A DNA stretch of 64,000 nt. Source: Oxalobacteraceae bacterium (GTDB taxonomy: Bacteria > Pseudomonadota > Gammaproteobacteria > Burkholderiales > Burkholderiaceae_D). The stretch is taken from assembly GCA_043758755.1 (NCBI GenBank), contig JAYVMW010000059.1, positions 178,960 to 242,959 on the forward strand, written 5' to 3'. The position numbers were made by a program, and so were the translations under genes. The notes beneath the pieces were generated by a model. The model saw only the letters and a program-made list of their open reading frames with translations. It did no database searches and had not been told where the DNA came from. This document shows positions 21,444 through 30,421 of the stretch, in pieces. The stretch's first letter is position 1, and each line of letters begins with the position of its first letter.

Positions 21444-21759
21444 TCACTATACTTACCGGGTCACTTGGTCACCGGAAGATGACGAACATGTCGGTCTTTG
21501 TGCCGAATTTCCGTCGCTTTCATGGCTCGCCAAAACACCGGACGCTGCATTGGCGGGAATTCGAAAAACTGTTGCACAGGTAGTAGTTGAAATGACGGCT
21601 GCAAAAGAAAGCATCCCTGTACCACTTGCGGGAAAAAGATACAGCGGCGAATTTCGTGTGCGCATACCTCCCACGTTACATCGTCAATTGGCCTTGCAGG
21701 CAGCGGAAGAAGGAATCAGCCTGAACCGCTTGGCGAGTGCAAAACTGGCTTCTTGCTGA
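21433..21759 (+). pseudogene. hicB: HicB-like antitoxin lacking a normal start codon
   Basis: DHYTYRVTWSPEDDEHVGLCAEFPSLSW..YSGEFRVRIPPTLHRQLALQAAEEGISLN; in-frame stop at 21427, and GAG at 21433 where ATG is expected. Confidence 0.75.
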
Positions 21760-21829
21760 CTAATAAAGTGCGGCCGGAACGGTGTGCGCATGCAGGGCAA
21801 ACCGCATTCAATCCCGGCCTGCCTTTTCG

Positions 21830-23422
21830 TCACCCACCCCGAATCAGCATCGCAGCCTTCTCCGCAATCATGATAGTTGGCGCATTGGTATTGCCGGTCG
21901 TAACCTGCGGCATCACCGATGCATCCACCACTCTGAGCCCTTTCATGCCATGCACGCGCAAGGTGGCATCCACTACCGCCATCGGGTCTGACGCCGGGCC
22001 CATTTTGCAGGTGCCCACCGGATGGTATTCGGTGTCTGAATTTTTGCGAACAAACTGCTCCAGCTTGGCCTTGTCGTTGCGATCCAGTTCATGCAGCATC
22101 GCGCCCCGATACGGCTCCAGTGCTTTGGCCTGCATGATGTCATAGGACATTTGCGTGGCCTTGCACAGCGTTTCCAGATCACGCGGGTCACTCAGGAAGC
22201 CGATGTCAATGACAGGCTTGTCTTGCGGATTGGCGCTGGCCAGTGTAAGGCTGCCGCGGCTCTTGGGACGCATGAGCGTGACGTGCAGCGTGTAACCGTG
22301 ACCCAGATGCTGTTTGCGGGTGTGGTCGTCGACAATGCCCACGCACAGCGCCAGCTGGATGTTGGGGTAGTCCGGATTGTTTTCGGTAGAAATAAATCCC
22401 TGGGTTTCTGCCACGCAGCTGGTCACCCAGCCGGTGCGTTTCTTGCGCCATTCAAAAATGGCCTTGAGCATGTCGGCGCCACCGCGCAATGAAATTCCCA
22501 GTGTGGCATCGGTGCGTTTGGTGCGATAAATGATGACAGTCGAAAGATGATCGTGCAGGTTCTGGCCAACGCCAGGCAGGTCATGCAGTACCGGAATGCC
22601 ATGTTTGTTCAGCTCGGCTGCAGGTCCTATGCCGGACAGCATTAAAATCTGTGGTGAGTTGAACGCGCCGCCGCACACCAGTACTTCGCGTTTGGCCATG
22701 GCCTTGTGCAGTGCACCTTCGTGTTGGTATTCCACCCCTGTGGCAACTTTGTTTTCAATCAGTATTTTTGTGGTGAGTGCCCGCGTGATTACAGTCAGAT
22801 TTTTACGATTCAGGTTGGGTGTCACATAGGCTTTGGCGGCACTGTAGCGTTCGCCATTTTTTTGTGTCACCTGAGCTGGCGATACGCCAAACTGACGCGC
22901 TGCATTGTAGTCGGGATTTTTCGGGATGCCGTTCTGTTCGCAGGCTGTGATGAAGGCATCATTGATCGGACTCGGGCTGCGCAGATAAGCCACATTCAGC
23001 GGACCGCCCACGCCGCGATATTCGGTCTGGCCAAAACATTCATTGTTTTCTGCTTTTTTAAAAATGGGCAGCACGTCCTGATAACTCCAACCCGGGTTGC
23101 CCATGTCAGCCCAACTGTTGTAATCAGCCGGATTGCCGCGGGTGTACACCATGGCATTGATGGAGGACGAGCCGCCCATGACTTTGCCGCGCGGCTGAAA
23201 ACCCTTGCGGCCATTGAAGCCGGCCTGTGCAACCGTTTCATAGCCCCAGCTGAATATACCGACCGAAGCGGTTGCAGCAAAACCGAGCGGCGCGTGGATA
23301 AATGCCGATTTGTCCGGGCCGCCTGCTTCGAGCAGACAGACCTGTACGGAAGGGTCATCCGACAAGCGACCTGCCAAAACTGAACCTGCAGAACCGCCCC
23401 CAACGATAACGTAGTCAAACAT
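21830..23422 (-). CDS. GMC oxidoreductase, AlkJ-like alcohol dehydrogenase
   Basis: DYVIVGGGSAG, PRGKVMGGSSSINAM, GVGQNLHDH, YHPVGTCKMG, GNTNAPTIMIAEK; downstream of alkB. Confidence 0.9.
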   Translation of the reverse strand: MFDYVIVGGGSAGSVLAGRLSDDPSVQVCLLEAGGPDKSAFIHAPLGFAATASVGIFSWGYETVAQAGFNGRKGFQPRGKVMGGSSSINAMVYTRGNPADYNSWADMGNPGWSYQDVLPIFKKAENNECFGQTEYRGVGGPLNVAYLRSPSPINDAFITACEQNGIPKNPDYNAARQFGVSPAQVTQKNGERYSAAKAYVTPNLNRKNLTVITRALTTKILIENKVATGVEYQHEGALHKAMAKREVLVCGGAFNSPQILMLSGIGPAAELNKHGIPVLHDLPGVGQNLHDHLSTVIIYRTKRTDATLGISLRGGADMLKAIFEWRKKRTGWVTSCVAETQGFISTENNPDYPNIQLALCVGIVDDHTRKQHLGHGYTLHVTLMRPKSRGSLTLASANPQDKPVIDIGFLSDPRDLETLCKATQMSYDIMQAKALEPYRGAMLHELDRNDKAKLEQFVRKNSDTEYHPVGTCKMGPASDPMAVVDATLRVHGMKGLRVVDASVMPQVTTGNTNAPTIMIAEKAAMLIRGG

Positions 23423-23452
23423 GATCTGTCCCTGTAATAGTTTTTATGCGGC

Positions 23453-23641
23453 TTATGCCGGCTTTTTTATGCCCGCAAATTCTACTACGAGAAATTCATC
23501 GCGCAAACGAATACTACAGTCCGGACATGTCAGGTCCCGCGGCAGATCAAGCCATTTGGTGCCAGGTTTGTAGCCTTCATGTGTGTCTCCGACGGCCTCG
23601 TCATACTGATAGCCGCATTCAGGACAACGGTAAATACTCAT
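23453..23641 (-). CDS. Rubredoxin (AlkG1-type)
   Basis: CPECG...CPDCS; overlaps the alkB stop. Confidence 0.9.
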   Translation of the reverse strand: MSIYRCPECGYQYDEAVGDTHEGYKPGTKWLDLPRDLTCPDCSIRLRDEFLVVEFAGIKKPA

Positions 23642-24807
23642 GAGCGCTCCAGTCCGAATTTATGCATCAGGTATTCCTGTTTTCCAGGCTGGAAATTGAT
23701 GCGTGTCGTATCGCTCTGTGACTGCGCCACCACACGTGGGTCCATCAGATAAAACCAGAGCGGCGGGATATAACAGATCAAAAACATACCGACATAACCG
23801 TTGGGCAGTTGCGGCAGATTTTCAAAATGGCGCAGCGACTGATAACGCCGGGTCGGGTGCGCGTGATGATCCGAATGACGTTGCAGATGAAAGACAATCC
23901 AGTTGGAAAAAATATGGTTGCTGTTCCAGGAGTGGTGTGGCTGACACACCTCGAAGCGACCCGGTGCGCGCTCTTTGCGCAGCAGACCGTAATGCTCAAT
24001 ATAGTTGGCCGAAGTCAGCTGGAAGTTGGCCCAGAAGGCAATGAGCACCATGTAAGGCAGGGCGCCAAATCCCAGCCAGAGCAGCAGGCCGCTCCAGATC
24101 AGTACCGTCAGCAGCGCCGGCTGCAGAATTTCATTGTGCAGTGACCAGACCGGCTGTTCGCAGCGCGCCAGGCGTTCCATTTCGATGCGCCAGGCACGCT
24201 GGAGTGCGCCCGGCATTTCGCGTTGAATGAAGGCGTAAATCGATTCGCCCATCCGGGAGGAAGCCGGATCAAGCGGCGTGGCCACGTCGCGATGATGGCC
24301 GCGGTTGTGTTCGATGAAAAAATGACCATAGCCGGTGGGTGCCAGTACGATTTTCGCCAGCCAGCGCTCCAGAGCGTTGTTTTTATGCCCCAGCTCATGG
24401 CCAAGATTAATCCCGAAGCCGCCAGCCAGACCGGCTGACAGTATAAGTGCCACACGGGCATGCCAGGGCAGCTCATGGGAGGCAAGAAACCACACCGACA
24501 GGATGAATGAAATCCATAAAATTGGCGCGGAAGCATACGTGATATAGCGGTAGTAACGGTCTGCTTCCAGTGCCGGTACGGCCGATTCGGGCGGATTGCT
24601 CTGGTCTTCGCCCAGCACAATATCCAGCAGCGGCACGATGCAGTAGATAAAAATAACCGGCAGCCAGGCCGCACGTGCATCGCCGCTGAGCAGTACCAGC
24701 AAGGCGCCGGAACCCATAAAGGCCGGTACCAGTACCGATAAAATCCAGGCGTAACGTTTGCGGTCGCGATAAGTTGAAACAGCCAGATTGGCCGATGATG
24801 TGTTCAT
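23638..24807 (-). CDS. alkB: Alkane 1-monooxygenase
   Basis: His boxes HELGH, EHNRGHH, NYIEHYG, LQRHSDHHAHP. Confidence 0.95.
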   Translation of the reverse strand: MNTSSANLAVSTYRDRKRYAWILSVLVPAFMGSGALLVLLSGDARAAWLPVIFIYCIVPLLDIVLGEDQSNPPESAVPALEADRYYRYITYASAPILWISFILSVWFLASHELPWHARVALILSAGLAGGFGINLGHELGHKNNALERWLAKIVLAPTGYGHFFIEHNRGHHRDVATPLDPASSRMGESIYAFIQREMPGALQRAWRIEMERLARCEQPVWSLHNEILQPALLTVLIWSGLLLWLGFGALPYMVLIAFWANFQLTSANYIEHYGLLRKERAPGRFEVCQPHHSWNSNHIFSNWIVFHLQRHSDHHAHPTRRYQSLRHFENLPQLPNGYVGMFLICYIPPLWFYLMDPRVVAQSQSDTTRINFQPGKQEYLMHKFGLERS

Positions 24808-24942
24808 TGGAGGTCCCCTGATTATGTAGTTATATTTGACGCATCCACAGTTTCCCTTTGACTCTGGCTTTTAATAACCGCTAATATTTGCATCAAATCG
24901 TCATTAACTTCCAAGTCCATGAAACTCAAACGAGAATAGCGC

Positions 24943-25983
24943 ATGAATGACGCCGCTTCCACCGCTGACACACCCGCGGTTCATCCGACTTATCTCAAGC
25001 TGCTGTGCATCGCCCTGCGCAACAGAGGAGTGGATGTGGATGCGTTGCTGAGTTCTGTGGCATTGGGGAACTGGGAACGGCTGGCCGGCCGTGCCAGTCT
25101 GGTCGAGCACCGCATCGTTAACAACTTCGTTCAGAATTCGCTGCGCATTTCGGGCCTGCCTTCATTGGGACTGGTGCTGGGAACTTCGATGAAAATTTCG
25201 GCGCACGGTCCCATGGGTTATGCTGCAATGGCCAGCAAAGATCTCCGGCAGGCACTGGAGGCAGTCTCACGTTATCTGCCGCTGCGCAATTCGCTGTTGC
25301 GGGTCAGGCTGCGTGAAACCGATACCGGTATTGCAATTGAATTGATCGAGATGCTGGATCTGGAAGAGTCGCGTGATTTCATCAATGCGGTGGTGTTCGC
25401 TACCCTAATCAGCCTCATGGAATCCATTACCGGACATGTGCTCGACAACGTGCTGGTCGATCTGCCATTCCCGGAGCCAGCCTGGCGCGCCGAAATTGAC
25501 AGTCTGTTTAAAGGGCCTCTGCGCTTTGGTGCGCAGCGCATGGTGTTTTATATCAGCAATAAAGAATTGGCTCTGCCGTGTATTACCGCTGATCTGCATG
25601 CTTATGAAAAGGCCTGCATGGAATGCGAACAACTGCTGTCCAAAGCGAAATCAACCGGTATGGGACAAAGGGTAAAAGAATTTTTGACCGGACGCGAGGG
25701 GCAGTATCCCAGCCTGGAAGATGCGGCGGATTTTTTTAATATTTCTTCGAGCACCCTGATCAGGAAGCTGAAAAAAGAACAAACCAGTTTTCAGGAACTG
25801 CTGGATGAAATCCGGCGGCAGCGTGCTGTCTGGTATCTGACCAACACCAAACTCCCGGTGGAAGAAATTGCTGCGCGACTGGGCTTCGAAGACACCAGCA
25901 ATTTCAGCCGCACCTTCAGGCGCTGGCATGGCGAGCCGCCTAGCGCACTGCGCAAAAATGGCAACCCAGATGCCAGTGATTGA
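24943..25983 (+). CDS. AraC-family regulator divergent from alkB
   Basis: HGPMGYA; IAARLGFEDTSNFSRTFRRWHGEPPSALR. Confidence 0.9.
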   Translation: MNDAASTADTPAVHPTYLKLLCIALRNRGVDVDALLSSVALGNWERLAGRASLVEHRIVNNFVQNSLRISGLPSLGLVLGTSMKISAHGPMGYAAMASKDLRQALEAVSRYLPLRNSLLRVRLRETDTGIAIELIEMLDLEESRDFINAVVFATLISLMESITGHVLDNVLVDLPFPEPAWRAEIDSLFKGPLRFGAQRMVFYISNKELALPCITADLHAYEKACMECEQLLSKAKSTGMGQRVKEFLTGREGQYPSLEDAADFFNISSSTLIRKLKKEQTSFQELLDEIRRQRAVWYLTNTKLPVEEIAARLGFEDTSNFSRTFRRWHGEPPSALRKNGNPDASD

Positions 25984-26002
25984 ACGCCGCAACCATTGCT
26001 GA

Positions 26003-26185
26003 TCAGCCAAACTCGCTCATTTCAAAATCACTTTTTGCGTAGCCGCAATCGGGACAGCTCCAGCTGTCTGGAATATCCGCCCAGCGGGTGCCGGGTGGGA
26101 ATCCTTCAGAGGGCAGACCCTGGGCCTCGTTGTAAATAAAGCCGCATAAGCTGCAGACCCAGACTGTTAAATTTGTATTTTCCAT
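26003..26185 (-). CDS. Rubredoxin (AlkG2-type)
   Basis: [34 protein letters not shown]. Confidence 0.9.
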   Translation of the reverse strand: MENTNLTVWVCSLCGFIYNEAQGLPSEGFPPGTRWADIPDSWSCPDCGYAKSDFEMSEFG

Positions 26186-26244
26186 GCGCTGCAGTCTGGC
26201 TGGTTCCGGCATGGCTGCCTACCGCATTAATTGGCAGATTGTCG

Positions 26245-26439
26245 TCATTTACTGGCATCGTCATCCGTTGCCGCGGAGGGTATTTCCCAGTCCATCCCGT
26301 CCGGTCCGAACAGTTCCGCCGGATGCGGAGTACGGTCTGAACCGTTGCCGCAGGCCAGAGAATCGGCAGGACAATACTGATCACAACCCCAGCAGATACG
26401 CTCGGGCTTGACTGGATTGATTGGAAATTTTTTGGCCAT
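26245..26439 (-). CDS. Small Cys-rich protein (DUF3079-like)
   Basis: MAKKFP..P.KPERICWGCDQYC...CGNGSDRT.HP.ELFG. Confidence 0.75.
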   Translation of the reverse strand: MAKKFPINPVKPERICWGCDQYCPADSLACGNGSDRTPHPAELFGPDGMDWEIPSAATDDDASK

Positions 26440-26686
26440 TTTTTAGTGGGAGCAATATTGACAGGAGTTTGTCGCGCCTGATTTGAGTCTATTGCTGTTT
26501 TGCCGAGTGCTTCTTGAGCTTGCACAAGAATATGTGTGCCTGGTCGGACTATAAAAATCCAGAACTGAGCAATGCCGGAATCGAAAGGAACGATTCTGGA
26601 AACAATCGCCACCAAGCGGGGCGGGCGGTTTGATCTGGCCAACAGTGGCGCCAATTCCATCGACAAACTCATTTTCCGGCGATCTG

Positions 26687-28663
26687 CTAACTCACCTTGG
26701 CCCGCTTTGCACACCACAAATACAGCCATGTGACGGTCGCGGCGCCGACAACCAAAGCAATGACCATGGTTTGTGGCTCGCTTAAACTGTTTTCAATGGC
26801 CAGCGGCTCACCTTTGCCGGACACGACGATCAAACCGGCCAGCGCAACGTTGAATAAACTTTCCCCTACGATGAATCCAGACATCACCAGCACGCCCAGA
26901 CGTTTGGCCGTTTCCCCCCAACGCTGTTGTGAGACAGTCCGTTCAAAATACCAGCCCGCAACGGCCCCAATCACGACCGGCAGGGTAACGGCGCTGGGCA
27001 GGTAAATGGCCAGTCCGACACCAAGCGGTGGCAGGCTGTATTTATCATTGCTGTATTTTTTTAACAGGGCGTTGATCAGTACCAGTCCAAGACCGATCAA
27101 TGCGCCGTACTTCAACAGGTCCCAACGCAGATCGCCGCCAATCACACCTTTGGCCAGCGTCGAAATTAGGGTTGCTTGAGGTGCGGCCAGCGGTTGACTG
27201 GAAATGGCGTCCAGGTTCGGCGCACCGGCAAAACCGTTGGCATGATTCAGCAGCTCCAGTACCGGCGGGACCACGACCGATCCGGCCAGCACCCCTATCA
27301 ACAGACCGACCTGCTGACGCCATGGGGTTGCATCGACCAGTTGGCCGGTTTTCAGGTCCTGCAGGTTATCGTTACCGATCACGGCAACTGCGAGAACCAC
27401 AGTTGTGATAAACAAGGCATAGGCGACCAGCGCCTGGGTTACTTCCGCGCCGATCAAATGGCGCGCTACGGCACCGACACTCAGCGCCGCGCCAAGTATG
27501 GTCAAAATTGCGATGCCCGATACCGGTGAATTGGAAGAACCGATCAATCCGGCCATGTAGCCACATACCGCAGCAGCAAACATGCCGGCAATCAAAATAT
27601 AGGCAATACCAACTGCGATGAGCGCAACAGCGGCGCTGTCAAGCACGCCGCCCTGCAGAAAACTGGCCAGCAGCCAGCCGGCCGGCACCATGGACAGCAA
27701 CGTCACCAGGCCAACGATAAAAATCGGCAAATCCTGTTCGGTGCGTGGAATGTCGGTACCACCGGCCTTGACCTGACGCGCGGTTTCCAGCGCAGATTTC
27801 AAGCCGCTCAGCACGGGTTTGGCCAGACCGGTGAGCGTAACGATCGCAGCCGCACCAATTACACCGGCTCCCATCATGCGCACATTGGTTGACCAGATTT
27901 TAAGGGCCGCGTCGGTTGCCGACAGTTCCGGCATAGGATAAACAATGGTCAGCAACGGCACCAGGATGCCCCAGGCGATGGTCAGACCGGCCAGCATGGC
28001 GATGCCGACTGTGATACCCATCAGGTGGCCGGCACCAATGAGCGCAAACGAACTTGATGCACCGATGCCGGTTGAACCTTTGCCGACACGGAAATAGATC
28101 GACATTTCGCCGGCCATCAATTTGACTGCCGCACCGGCTGCATACAGCAGCGAAGTGACGCTGCCGAGGACAATTGCCACCAGCCCGATTCTGCCTTCCG
28201 AACCGCCTGCGCGCGACGCCATGCCCACCTTGAGTACTTCAGCCGCAGCCACACCTTCCGGGTAGGGCAGATCAGATTTCGAAACGAGCGCGCGGCGCAA
28301 CGGCATGGTGTACATCACGCCCAGCACGCCGCCGATTGCGCAGGCACCAAAGGTCGGCCAGAAGGGTACATGTACCCACCAGCCTATCATCAGCAAACCA
28401 GGCAACACGAAGATGACCGAGGCCAGCGTTCCCGCGGCCGAAGCAATGGTTTGAACAATATTGTTTTCCTGAACCGACGCATCTTTGAATGCGTTGAGCA
28501 ACGCCATGGAAATGACGGCAGCCGGAATCGAAGTGGCGAAGGTCAGGCCCACCTTCAATCCCAGATAAACCTGTGCCGCGGTAAAGACGAGGGTGATCAA
28601 AATGCCGAGAATAACTCCCCGCAACGTAATTTCTTTCGGCATGGCCGCCTGTACATTACTCAT
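26687..28663 (-). CDS. OPT-family oligopeptide transporter
   Basis: YLGLKVGLTFATSIPAAVIS, ENNIVQTIASA, YPEGVAAAEVL, DNLQDLKTG..ATPWRQQ. Confidence 0.92.
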   Translation of the reverse strand: MSNVQAAMPKEITLRGVILGILITLVFTAAQVYLGLKVGLTFATSIPAAVISMALLNAFKDASVQENNIVQTIASAAGTLASVIFVLPGLLMIGWWVHVPFWPTFGACAIGGVLGVMYTMPLRRALVSKSDLPYPEGVAAAEVLKVGMASRAGGSEGRIGLVAIVLGSVTSLLYAAGAAVKLMAGEMSIYFRVGKGSTGIGASSSFALIGAGHLMGITVGIAMLAGLTIAWGILVPLLTIVYPMPELSATDAALKIWSTNVRMMGAGVIGAAAIVTLTGLAKPVLSGLKSALETARQVKAGGTDIPRTEQDLPIFIVGLVTLLSMVPAGWLLASFLQGGVLDSAAVALIAVGIAYILIAGMFAAAVCGYMAGLIGSSNSPVSGIAILTILGAALSVGAVARHLIGAEVTQALVAYALFITTVVLAVAVIGNDNLQDLKTGQLVDATPWRQQVGLLIGVLAGSVVVPPVLELLNHANGFAGAPNLDAISSQPLAAPQATLISTLAKGVIGGDLRWDLLKYGALIGLGLVLINALLKKYSNDKYSLPPLGVGLAIYLPSAVTLPVVIGAVAGWYFERTVSQQRWGETAKRLGVLVMSGFIVGESLFNVALAGLIVVSGKGEPLAIENSLSEPQTMVIALVVGAATVTWLYLWCAKRAKVS

Positions 28664-28713
28664 CTCCGTTCCCCGCTTTGTCGTTATTGGTTATTTTTGA
28701 TAAAACGCGCCTA

Positions 28714-29222
28714 TCATATTCGAATTTCACTCAGAATTGCTTTTTTTGAGCCTTGCGGTTGATGTTCCGGTGGTCTTTGCCAATGCGGCATTGAAGGATT
28801 TGCAATGCATGGGCCGAACTGCATCAGCCTTGTTCTCAGGGTTGGAGGGAGTTTGTTAAATAATTTAGAACCGAATGGTTTTCCGGAATTTGAAATCAAT
28901 GCCGCAGTGGATTCGTCCACAAAGTGACGCCAGAAAATCTCAAGGCAGGGCGCTTAAAAAATAGTTGACGCGTCTGAGCTAATACTTAAGCGACGAATTA
29001 CGTCTTGGTCGAAGATGCCGCGCGAAAGTGTGCGTTCTTCACTTGGAATTTTGGCAAAAGGTGCGAGCGGTCCTCCCAGCCATTCACCCAACGGTGGTCG
29101 GAAGTCAAATTTCGGCGCATAAACCAGGTCTTTCGGTACATACCTGCCGGTCAACCGCTTAAGGACTGGCTTTGCGCCACGGTGATCATGTTTTATTGTG
29201 TCCGACAGCGTTAGTCCAACAT
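28714..29222 (-). pseudogene. C-terminal scrap of an asparagine-synthase (AsnB-like) gene
   Basis: KPVLKRL..RYVP..LVYAPK.DF..PLGEWL.GPL..RGIFD..TIF*APCLEIFWRHFVD; internal TAA at 28954-28956; no 5' part. Confidence 0.65.
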
Positions 29223-29224
29223 TC

Positions 29225-29354
29225 CAAGGCTGCAACCGACACTGAAGATTTGGCGCATGCTCAACGATTGCTTGGCCATAAAAACAGAACTACTACTGAA
29301 ATCTATACCAGGAATAGAAAAGGGGAAATAGTCAAACCTCTAAAGAGAAATTAA
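29225..29354 (+). pseudogene. C-terminal scrap of a tyrosine integrase
   Basis: KAATDTEDLAHAQRLLGHKNRTTTEIYTR..GEIVKP: LLGH box and catalytic Tyr only. Confidence 0.75.
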
Positions 29355-29364
29355 ACGGATGCGA

Positions 29365-30045
29365 TTACCGATGTTTTTTTGCGGGCGGATTATAGGTTGG
29401 AGGCCTGGTGACCAGAACGCTTCCAGTCGCATCAACAATCTGTTCAGGAAATAAATTACGCTCGATATGATTTTCTTTTATTCTTTTTGCGTTGGAGCAG
29501 GCATTTCTAAGTTCTAGGGCATTTTGGAATCGAAGTTCTGGTATAACGGCATCTACGTCTTTATCCGGGAATGTAACCCTCACCAACTTGATTGCTGGGA
29601 CTAAATCTGTATCGGCAGTAAGAATTAGGGCTTTATCAAATTCGTTCTTGTGTGCCTTGTCTACTAGATGAATGCCAAAATTTACATCCGTTTCCTTTTC
29701 CTCGTGGGTGTCCCATACGGAGCCGCACGATTTGCATTTAGCACTCTTCCTTTTAAAATGGCCCATTATTACGGTAACGCCGGACGCCTCAAGCGCTTTG
29801 ACGTATTTTAGGTGACGTTGGTACGCATCGGGCAGCTAGGTCGCAAACGCCGAAAAATAATATACAGCTACTATTTCCTCTGTGCTGGGCGTGATAAACG
29901 CAGAAGCGAGCGACTTAATATCTAGCCACTTGAGATGATTTTTTTGGTGGAGACGTTTTTTTGTGCGTGGGTGAAAATCGAGCTCTGCCAGAGCATGATA
30001 CAAATTGAATCCATCTACGAAGCATGCCACTCGTCGTTTTGTCAA
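29365..30045 (-). pseudogene. NYN (LabA/DUF88, PIN-like) RNase split by one nonsense codon
   Basis: FVDGFNLYH ... YFSAFAT*LPDAYQRH..GHFK..EEKETDVN..LTADTDLVPA; halves in frame, TAG at 29836-29838. Confidence 0.85.
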
Positions 30046-30056
30046 TTTAACGCCCC

Positions 30057-30087
30057 AAAAAAAAAGCCGGCTGCTCAGGCAACCGGC
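30057..30087 (-). terminator. Intrinsic terminator directly upstream of the NYN gene
   Basis: Minus strand GCCGGTTGC-CTGA-GCAGCCGGC followed by T9, ending ~11 nt before the TTG start. Confidence 0.75.
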
Positions 30088-30421
30088 GCTGTGACATCTA
30101 GTACCACAGGATGACTCTCCAACGCCGCAGGGCGAAGGGGCCGCAAGGTCAAGCCTTACGGGGATAATTCTTAATCGCTCGGGCAATTAAGGCTACGAAA
30201 TCAAGTTTCGTAGGGCTAATTGAAATTACTATAAAGCGTAAATTTAGTTTTTGCAAGGACACTACGATGTTTTGTAGATAAACAGCATTTTTTGTAGACA
30301 AAGACCCACGTTAAGAATGCCGTAACCCTTTGATTTATTGGTGGTGTAGTACGATAGTGATTCAAACCACCCCGTCATTTTACCGAGCAAACCAACGCAA
30401 TCCCGCGCAAATCTGCGGAGG

